The position numbers were made by a program, and so were the translations under genes. Positions 9,740-16,918 of a stretch of 53,206 bases of DNA are shown here, piece after piece (within the stretch, counting starts at the first letter, position 1; the number at the start of each line of letters is the position of its first letter). A model generated the notes under the pieces. That model was not told the origin of the DNA. It saw only the letters and a program-made list of their open reading frames with translations, and ran no database searches. This stretch comes from Ferruginibacter sp. (GTDB lineage Bacteria > Bacteroidota > Bacteroidia > Chitinophagales > Chitinophagaceae). The stretch is taken from contig JAVHOI010000121.1 in assembly GCA_036169975.1 (NCBI GenBank), positions 1 to 53,206 of the forward strand. Direction: 5' to 3'.

Positions 9740-10461
9740 GATAAACTTTCGATTGATTTTTTTATTTCCATAATAAACCGGTCCCTGATATTCTTTGTTA
9801 CCGGAGATTTCCCGAGATGAAATTTATACATTCTTTCCGGGTGCCATTGTACGCCAATAAAGAAAGGGTTACTTTCCTGATCCACCCATTCCACTCCTTC
9901 TATAATTCCATCATCAGAGGTACAATTAATGGATAGCCCCTTGCCTAATATTTTGATGGACTGGTGATGGGCGCTATTGGTTACACTCCTTTCAACTCCG
10001 GTAATTTCATTCAATAAAGTACCGGCTACAATATTTATTCCATGGGCTTTATCATTTATTTCATAGCGGTGAATGGCATTTGCAACCAATCCGATATCTT
10101 GTGTTAAAGTTCCGCCCAGTACGCAATTCACCAGTTGCATGCCCCTACAGATAGCTAATAAAGGAATATCATTTTGATGGCATATTTTAAATACCGCCAC
10201 TTCAAATTTATCCCTTATTTCATTAAAGTTTACGGGAGCATTTGGATAATCAGTTTTATCGCTTTGATAATAATTTGGGTGCATATCCAATCCACCAGAC
10301 AATACGATACCATCCAGATTTTTTATACTTTTCGGTTCAGTATTAACCGGTGATAAAATAATTATTTCAATGTTTTCATTCCCCCTGAGCCAGTGTTCAT
10401 AATTACCGTGTTTCTCCTCTGTTCCGGTATAGGTTACGCCAATTTTAATTACTGTTTTCAT
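9736..10461 (-). CDS. Gamma-glutamyl-gamma-aminobutyrate hydrolase family (peptidase C26, PuuD-like)
   Basis: LSGGLD, AICRGMQ nucleophile, NSAHHQ, VQWHPE; 4-bp overlap with the ALDH gene. Confidence 0.88.
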   Translation of the reverse strand: MKTVIKIGVTYTGTEEKHGNYEHWLRGNENIEIIILSPVNTEPKSIKNLDGIVLSGGLDMHPNYYQSDKTDYPNAPVNFNEIRDKFEVAVFKICHQNDIPLLAICRGMQLVNCVLGGTLTQDIGLVANAIHRYEINDKAHGINIVAGTLLNEITGVERSVTNSAHHQSIKILGKGLSINCTSDDGIIEGVEWVDQESNPFFIGVQWHPERMYKFHLGKSPVTKNIRDRFIMEIKKSIESLS

Positions 10462-10463
10462 TA

Positions 10464-11615
10464 TTATAAAGCTTCTGTATATAATTTTTTAAAATCATTT
10501 CTTGCAACAGGTTTTGGATTATTTGGATGGCAAAAATCGGCCAAAGCCAAATCCGACAAGGTCTCTATATGTTCTTCCCTTACACCGATATCCCTTAGCC
10601 TGACTGGCAATCCAATTTGTTGATTTAATTCAAACAAATGATTAACGACCGCTTCGCCGGTGGTGGTGGTTAATTCCATTGCAAGAGCCATTCTTTTAAA
10701 TTCACTTTCAAGCCCCGGGGCATTAAACCGCATGCCATAAGGAAGGTTCACCGCATTGGCCAAACCATGGTGCGTATCTAATAAGGAAGATAACGGATGT
10801 GCCAATGAATGCACTACGCCAAGCCCCTTTTGAAATGCTACCGCACCCATCAGCGAAGCGATCATCATCCTGCTTCTTGATTCCAGCCCTGGTTTGTTTA
10901 CCGCATCCACAATGGAATGATTGATCAAAAAAATCCCTTCCAGACCAATCCCTGCCGACAGGGGATGAAAATTTTTTGAAATATAGGCTTCCATATTATG
11001 GGTGAGTGCATCCATGCCTGTTGCCGCGGTTATGAATGGCGGCAGCTCCATCGTTAACAAAGGATCCGCGAATACTATCTTCGCCATCAGTTTAGGCGCA
11101 AACAAAATTCTTTTCCTGTGCGTATCATCTTCCGAAATAATAGCGCTTCTTCCCACCTCGCTGCCCGTACCGCTTGTGGTAGGCACCGTAATAAAATAAG
11201 GGACTTCTTCCGTTACATATTTATCGCCGCCAATCAGGTCATCATAATCAAACAGGTCGCGGTGATGGTTAACGCTTAATACAATGGCACGGGCTACATC
11301 CATAGCTGCGCCACCACCAATGCCAATGATGCAATCACGGACAGTTGCCTTAAACGCACCGCTACCTTTCAATACATCACTTTTCACTGGGTTTTTATGA
11401 ATGTTGGAAAACACTTCCGCTGAAATAGATTTTGCGACAAGGCTTTCTTTTATCTGTTTAAAAAAATCCAATCCACTTACCATCGGGTCTGTAACCAATA
11501 AAGGCCGGCTTAGTCCATTGGCCAATAAATGACCGGGTAATTCTTTTACAGCCCCAGCTCCAAAACGGATGGTGGTTGGAAAATTGTATTGTCTTATGAT
11601 TGTAAAATCAGGCAT
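10464..11615 (-). CDS. Iron-containing alcohol dehydrogenase
   Basis: GIGGGAAMD, PTTSGTGSE, DALTH, HSLAH and HHG metal ligands. Confidence 0.93.
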   Translation of the reverse strand: MPDFTIIRQYNFPTTIRFGAGAVKELPGHLLANGLSRPLLVTDPMVSGLDFFKQIKESLVAKSISAEVFSNIHKNPVKSDVLKGSGAFKATVRDCIIGIGGGAAMDVARAIVLSVNHHRDLFDYDDLIGGDKYVTEEVPYFITVPTTSGTGSEVGRSAIISEDDTHRKRILFAPKLMAKIVFADPLLTMELPPFITAATGMDALTHNMEAYISKNFHPLSAGIGLEGIFLINHSIVDAVNKPGLESRSRMMIASLMGAVAFQKGLGVVHSLAHPLSSLLDTHHGLANAVNLPYGMRFNAPGLESEFKRMALAMELTTTTGEAVVNHLFELNQQIGLPVRLRDIGVREEHIETLSDLALADFCHPNNPKPVARNDFKKLYTEAL

Positions 11616-11982
11616 ATTGATTATTGTTTTTTTTTTGTAAAAGGATTTAGAATATTAATCAGGCTCTGATGGCAGCCTATACCGGTTTTTAAAAGAATCA
11701 TACATTTAAACATTAGTTCATTTAAGTAACCTGGTACTTTCAATTTCCCGGGCTGCTTAATTTTTTCGTAAAAGGATTTTTCTTATTCACACTATTTTGA
11801 ATTGCTGATCGCACCGGTTTTTAAATTTTTCAGTCAGGAACCAAAGCTGATATCAGCCACTTTCAAAAAAGTATAGCTTTTATATTCCTGTATTAATACA
11901 CTTTTTGAAACCGGATTAACCTTTATAATTTTTTTATTGTCTTCAGTAATTTATGCTGTGTTTAATAAAAATTGAATTATTT

Positions 11983-11990
11983 CAAAGATA
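11983..11990 (-). promoter_or_regulatory. Bacteroidota -7 promoter element (TATCTTTG) for the ADH operon
   Basis: Matches TAnnTTTG on the minus strand about 370 nt upstream of the ATG. Confidence 0.45.
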
Positions 11991-12017
11991 ACAAATAGAC
12001 AGGTAAAACAGGGGCGG

Positions 12018-12058
12018 ATTTCAAATAGAGCTACATCCGATAGCTTCGTATTTGAAAT
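12018..12058. terminator. Hairpin downstream of the GNAT gene
   Basis: ATTTCAAATA-GAGCTA...TAGCTT-CG-TATTTGAAAT imperfect stem. Confidence 0.35.
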
Positions 12059-12160
12059 GTAACCTACAAGAATTATGGTATCCCGGGCAGATTAGCTTTT
12101 TAGGAGTGTAATAAAATTTTAGCTGATTCTTCGATTTCCATTTATAAGGTATTCCGGCAT

Positions 12161-12754
12161 TTAAAAATCCATAAAAATAGTTGACTTTATGGAAGGCCAT
12201 TCGTCATTGATGATGCTGTAATAAATGGTATCCCTAATCCTGCCTTCGGAAGTAACCTGGTGTTTACGGAAAATGCCTTCTTCTTTGGCGCCAATTTTTA
12301 ATATCGCTTTTCGTGACTGTTGGTTGATGGCATCCGTTTTAATTTCCACCCGGTTAAACAGGAGTGTTTCAAAGGCGAACCGCAACAACAAAAATTTACA
12401 GGCTTTATTAAGCCCTGTGCCCTGAAAATCAGGATGGAGCCACGTCCAGCCAATTTCAAGTTTTTTATTTTCAAAAGAAATATTACCAAACCGCGTTGAT
12501 CCGGCTACCCGGTTATTTTGTTTATCAAAAATTAAAAAAGGGTAGGAGAGGTGTTTTTCTTTTTCGGTAATTGCGGATTGGATATATGTTTTTAAGTGTA
12601 CCGGTTCTTTTAAATTACTCATTCCCGCACTCCATATATCAGGATGATAGGCTATGGCATCCAATGATTTGAAATCGTCTTTGCCAAGCGGTGCCAGACG
12701 AACCCTTTCATTTTCTAAAATAATGTTCTGTTCAAAAAAAAAGGCTTCATTCAT
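12161..12754 (-). CDS. GNAT N-acetyltransferase (RimJ/RimL-like)
   Basis: LEIGWTWL...QGTGLN, N..SRKAILKIGAKEEG, RDTIYYSI. Confidence 0.88.
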   Translation of the reverse strand: MNEAFFFEQNIILENERVRLAPLGKDDFKSLDAIAYHPDIWSAGMSNLKEPVHLKTYIQSAITEKEKHLSYPFLIFDKQNNRVAGSTRFGNISFENKKLEIGWTWLHPDFQGTGLNKACKFLLLRFAFETLLFNRVEIKTDAINQQSRKAILKIGAKEEGIFRKHQVTSEGRIRDTIYYSIINDEWPSIKSTIFMDF

Positions 12755-12757
12755 TTC

Positions 12758-13225
12758 TTAAAATTTTTCTTTTATCAAAGCGGCTACAATTTTATCTATC
12801 GGTAGTGTAAGCATTTCAGCGGAAAACTTTTCCCAGGCTATAAAGCGAAAAGCTTCTATTTGTTTGGTTTCGCTGTACTGTTGGAGCTGATGTTCATCAA
12901 AATCGAATTCTTTGTCCCTCAGGGGCACGGTAATTTGATCTAATGCTTTCACGGAATAATAAACGGAAAGTATCTGGTGCGCTGAATTAAACGCACTCTG
13001 TTGAAAAAAATCTGTCGTATAAATGTGATCACCAATGGCTACCTCCAGGTTCATTTCTTCTTTAAACTCTCTTTTCAAACAATCCCTTGTCCCTTCACCA
13101 ATCTCTAACCCCCCCCCCGGGAATTTTGTATAATACGATCCCCTGATAAATTCATCGCTTACCAATACCTGCCTGTCATCATTTATTAAAATGCCGTAAA
13201 CCCTTACGGATAATATAAGATCCAT
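12758..13225 (-). CDS. Nudix hydrolase
   Basis: Nudix box GGGLEIGEGTRDCLKREFKEEMNL. Confidence 0.9.
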   Translation of the reverse strand: MDLILSVRVYGILINDDRQVLVSDEFIRGSYYTKFPGGGLEIGEGTRDCLKREFKEEMNLEVAIGDHIYTTDFFQQSAFNSAHQILSVYYSVKALDQITVPLRDKEFDFDEHQLQQYSETKQIEAFRFIAWEKFSAEMLTLPIDKIVAALIKEKF

Positions 13226-13229
13226 ACTT

Positions 13230-14168
13230 TTATTTTTTTACGCGTTTCCAATAATTCCAGGCTACTACCGCAAGAATGATCAGTGAAATAATTACCGGAA
13301 TCCAAAAAGCATAAGGTGTATCCTTGTATGGAATGGGCACATTCATTCCATAAATACTGGCGATTAATATCGGTACGGTCAATACGATGGTAAGTGTGGT
13401 AAGCCGTTTTAATACTTCATTCTGGTTGTTGCTGATGATACTGGCAAATGCATCCAGCGTGCTGCTGAGTATGTTCGTGTAGGTATTGGCCATTTCCAAT
13501 GCCTGGCTGGTTTCCACAATTAAGTCATCCAAAAAATCCTTCTCGTCTTCGTTCAATTGTAAAAAATTGGTACGTACCATTTTCATCATCAAAAGTTCAT
13601 TGCTTCTTAAAGCCGTTAAAAAATAAACCAGGCTTTTTTGGATACGCATTAACTGTAGCAATTCTTCGTTCCGGTTGGCAACGTATAATTTATGTTCCAG
13701 CGTATTCCTCCGCAAATTTATTTCCTTAAGATAGTCCTGAAAGTTGTTGGTTATTTTCTCGAATATCTTCAACACCATCATATTCTTCTTATCCGGGTTG
13801 CGGTTTTGAAAAGTAGTTAAAAACTTTTTGATGGCTTCGTTTTCAAATGAGTTGACCGTTACAATCTGGTTATGGGTTAATATGATACAAATTGGAATGG
13901 TTATATAAAACGCATCGCTGTCATTGAAGGAATTATTTTCCGTTGGGGTTTTAATTACGATCAGTTTTACATTGTCATCAATTTCATAACGGCTGCGTTC
14001 GTCAATATCCAGGGAATCTTTTAAGAAGTCAATTGGTATTTCCAGCGATTCGCTCAATTCCGCGAATTCTTCCTGCCTTAGTGGCGGCAATACATTGATC
14101 CAGGTGCCGTCTTCCGCCTTATCAATCTCGATAGTCTGATGGGCTATGTTTTTAAAATATTGAATCAT
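13230..14168 (-). CDS. corA: CorA family Mg2+ transporter
   Basis: Two C-terminal TM helices with the YGMN signature. Confidence 0.88.
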   Translation of the reverse strand: MIQYFKNIAHQTIEIDKAEDGTWINVLPPLRQEEFAELSESLEIPIDFLKDSLDIDERSRYEIDDNVKLIVIKTPTENNSFNDSDAFYITIPICIILTHNQIVTVNSFENEAIKKFLTTFQNRNPDKKNMMVLKIFEKITNNFQDYLKEINLRRNTLEHKLYVANRNEELLQLMRIQKSLVYFLTALRSNELLMMKMVRTNFLQLNEDEKDFLDDLIVETSQALEMANTYTNILSSTLDAFASIISNNQNEVLKRLTTLTIVLTVPILIASIYGMNVPIPYKDTPYAFWIPVIISLIILAVVAWNYWKRVKK

Positions 14169-14190
14169 TTATCAGTGTCTTCTGTTTTAT

Positions 14191-14218
14191 GTTTATTGTT
14201 TGTTGTTTGTTGTTTATT
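14191..14218. repeat. Tandem heptamer array (GTTTRTT x4)
   Basis: gtttatt gtttgtt gtttgtt gtttatt. Confidence 0.6.
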
Positions 14219-14326
14219 TTCAAATAAAAAATAAATGGATAATCCTTATTTTTTATCCTTTCGTTTTTGCTTTATTTATTTTAAATGTCCCGTTTACGTT
14301 TTAAACGTAACCTGTTTTTGAATTAA

Positions 14327-15115
14327 CTATTCAGTTGTCCAGATCACACCTTTAAACACAAATTCAGCCGGACCGCAAAGCCATATATTTTCAAAATGCT
14401 GATCATCAATTTTATCATATTCCACACTTAACCGGCCCCCCGCGGTTTTTACTATCACCTCATTAAAACCATTTTCATTATGGGCGGATAACAAGGCTGC
14501 GGCAGTAACGCCTGTACCACAACTAAGTGTTTCATCTTCCACGCCGCGTTCGTAAGTGCGGACGAAAATCGTGTCTTCATTTATTGATTCAACAAAATCC
14601 ACATTGATGCCATCGGGTGCGAAGGCTTTACTATAACGGATTTCCTGGCCGGTTGATTTAACATCAATATCCTTCACCTCCGTATCGAATTTTACAAAAT
14701 GCGGTGATCCCGTATTGATCACCGCATAAGAATTATGGTATTCTACCGTACTTACATTTTGCATCTTTAACCTAACGGTCCCATGGCTGTCAATTTCGGC
14801 CAAATGTGCGCCATCAATGGCTATGAAGTGATAGGAGCTTTTTACTATTCCCCGGTGGTAAGCGAATTTCACCAGGCACCTTCCTCCATTTCCACACATG
14901 GTACTTACATTGCCATCCGAATTATAATAGGCCATTTCAAAATCGTACCCTTCTTTTTTACCTAACAGCATCAGCCCATCCGCACCAATCCCAAAGCGCC
15001 TGTCGCATATTTGCCTGATCTGCTTTGTAGTTAATAATGGGTATTCATTTCCCCTGTTATCCAATATTACAAAGTCGTTTCCGGTTCCCTGGTATTTATA
15101 AAATTCAACTTCCAT
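14327..15115 (-). CDS. dapF: Diaminopimelate epimerase
   Basis: KYQGTGNDF, MCGNGGRC, GSPHFV, ERGVEDETLSCGTG. Confidence 0.96.
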   Translation of the reverse strand: MEVEFYKYQGTGNDFVILDNRGNEYPLLTTKQIRQICDRRFGIGADGLMLLGKKEGYDFEMAYYNSDGNVSTMCGNGGRCLVKFAYHRGIVKSSYHFIAIDGAHLAEIDSHGTVRLKMQNVSTVEYHNSYAVINTGSPHFVKFDTEVKDIDVKSTGQEIRYSKAFAPDGINVDFVESINEDTIFVRTYERGVEDETLSCGTGVTAAALLSAHNENGFNEVIVKTAGGRLSVEYDKIDDQHFENIWLCGPAEFVFKGVIWTTE

Positions 15116-15118
15116 CTG

Positions 15119-16000
15119 TTATAAATTTGAATCAGCAATTACATTTAAAGATTGTTTAATTAAATTCTCCACCGCCAAAGCCCCATCCTTCGAAAATTCT
15201 TTTGTAATCCGGTTGGCAACTATTGCATTCAGGCTTAGGCAATGATGGCCTAATAATTTGCCCAGTCCATAAATAGCGGAAGTCTCCATTTCAAAATTAG
15301 TGATATGATAATTACCAAATTGAAAAGTTGTAAGGTTATCCGTCAATTGCGGATAGGCAAGCCCGAGGCGCAACACCCGTCCCTGTGGCCCGTAAAAACC
15401 AGGGCAGGTAACCGTAATGCCCTGGTGATAATTTTTGGTAAAATGTTTTAGCAAATAACCGCTTGCCATAAAGATATAAGGCGATACATTGCCCGATTCT
15501 AATTGGGTGTGTGTATTAAAAGCATGTAGCAATTGCTTTTCCTCCTCATTGTTTTCTTTACGGTAAAAATTCAGCAGGTTATCCAGGCCCAATCCATGGG
15601 TAGATGAGACAAAACTATCAACCGGGATTTCTTTCTGCAATGAACCGGAAGTGCCAAATCGAAGTATGTTTAAGGAAGTAAGTTTTTCTTTAATAGCCCT
15701 TGTTTCAAAATCAATATTTACCAATGCATCCAGTTCATTAAAAACAATATCAATATTATCCGGGCCGATGCCTGTGCTAACGCAGCTCAATCTTTTATTT
15801 CCAATATAACCCGTGTGTACAATAAATTCCCTGTGCTGGTTTTGGTATTCAATTTTGTCAAAATGTTTGCTCACTTCCTTCACCCTGCCGGGATCGCCAA
15901 CAGTAATAATGGTATCGGCAATTTCTTCGGGCCTGCAATTAATATGATATACGGCTCCGCGGTTATTGATGATTAGTTCCGATTCTGCTATACGGTTCAT
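15119..16000 (-). CDS. Nucleoside (uridine-type) phosphorylase
   Basis: VGDPGRV, STGIG, RFGTSG, GFYGPQGR, NFEMET. Confidence 0.9.
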   Translation of the reverse strand: MNRIAESELIINNRGAVYHINCRPEEIADTIITVGDPGRVKEVSKHFDKIEYQNQHREFIVHTGYIGNKRLSCVSTGIGPDNIDIVFNELDALVNIDFETRAIKEKLTSLNILRFGTSGSLQKEIPVDSFVSSTHGLGLDNLLNFYRKENNEEEKQLLHAFNTHTQLESGNVSPYIFMASGYLLKHFTKNYHQGITVTCPGFYGPQGRVLRLGLAYPQLTDNLTTFQFGNYHITNFEMETSAIYGLGKLLGHHCLSLNAIVANRITKEFSKDGALAVENLIKQSLNVIADSNL

Positions 16001-16024
16001 TGTTTTATTTTTTAGAATCCCGAA

Positions 16025-16052
16025 TTTCGTATTTACTATTTACAATTTCTAA
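16025..16052. repeat. Tandem heptamer array (TTTnnnA x4)
   Basis: tttcgta tttacta tttacaa tttctaa. Confidence 0.45.
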
Positions 16053-16214
16053 TAAAAAATTCCTATTTTCGCAGCGCAAATTAAAAAGCCTGTATCTGAT
16101 GGTTTACAGACAGACAAAAAAGAAATACTTTTCCGCGAATAAATTTTAAATAAACTTGTTTTTCGAAATGGTAGCCGTCAAAGTAAAACTTTAATTGCCA
16201 ATTTAGTATTTTAA

Positions 16215-16285
16215 GGTTCTGTGGCCGAGTGGCTAGGCAAAGCTCTGCAAAAGCTTCTACACCAGTTCGAATCTGGTCGGAACCT
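16215..16285 (+). tRNA. tRNA-Cys(GCA)
   Basis: Acceptor stem GGTTCTG/CGGAACC, D arm GCCGAGTGGCTAGGC, anticodon arm AAGCT-CTGCAAA-AGCTT, T arm ACCAG-TTCGAAT-CTGGT, discriminator U; CCA not encoded. Confidence 0.96.
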
Positions 16286-16299
16286 CTATCTATACAATA

Positions 16300-16328
16300 T
16301 CCCTCTCCCCAAGGAGAGGGAATTTTTT
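16300..16328 (+). terminator. Intrinsic terminator after tRNA-Cys
   Basis: TCCCTCTCC-CCAA-GGAGAGGGA followed by ATTTTTT. Confidence 0.75.
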
Positions 16329-16334
16329 AATATT

Positions 16335-16766
16335 ATGGTTCCAAAAATTTTGCACTGGATGGGCTTAACAGCCTGTGTTGTATTGATCGTTTCCTGCTTT
16401 TTGCCCTGGGCTTATTTCGCTGATGCGCATATTACCACCGAAGCGGAACGAACCTTTACCGGGTTTTACTCTTATGGAAATAATTATGGCAAACCTGGAA
16501 AAATGTTGGTAACAATTGGCGTAATCGTATTTACCCTGATGCTGTTGCCAAAAATATGGGCTAAGCGGACCAATCTTTTCGTTTGCGCCTTAGGTGTAGG
16601 GTACGCCGTTAAAACCTATATTTTATTTGTATCCTGTTACAATGCGTACTGCCCGGAAAAAAGGGCGGGGATTTATCTGATGTTAATAGCCACCATTGCA
16701 ATGTTGATATCATCAGCGTTTCCAAATGTTGCATTGAAAAACACTGATAGCGATAAGGAGGATTAA
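16335..16766 (+). CDS. Hypothetical membrane protein (about 4 TM helices)
   Basis: True start is likely the ATG at 16335, because the track start at 16221 lies inside the tRNA; hydrophobic segments, FLPW motif. Confidence 0.75.
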   Translation: MVPKILHWMGLTACVVLIVSCFLPWAYFADAHITTEAERTFTGFYSYGNNYGKPGKMLVTIGVIVFTLMLLPKIWAKRTNLFVCALGVGYAVKTYILFVSCYNAYCPEKRAGIYLMLIATIAMLISSAFPNVALKNTDSDKED

Positions 16767-16918
16767 AGCACGGATTGCTACTAACTAAAAATTACCTTCC
16801 ATCAATTGAAAATAAATTCTTTATTTGAAAAACTTTGAATTTGCTTAAGTTTTCAATTAATTATAAACAATCCATAAAAGCAGGGCTATGTGAAAGAAGC
16901 CTCAATAATCTTTTTCCA

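Noticed and set aside
11637-11825. CRISPR-like repeat/spacer pattern
   Set aside because: Only two copies of 12-13-bp boxes, no regular array and no cas genes
16221-16334. N-terminal extension of the ORF at 16221
   Set aside because: It overlaps tRNA-Cys and its terminator; the ATG at 16335 is the plausible start
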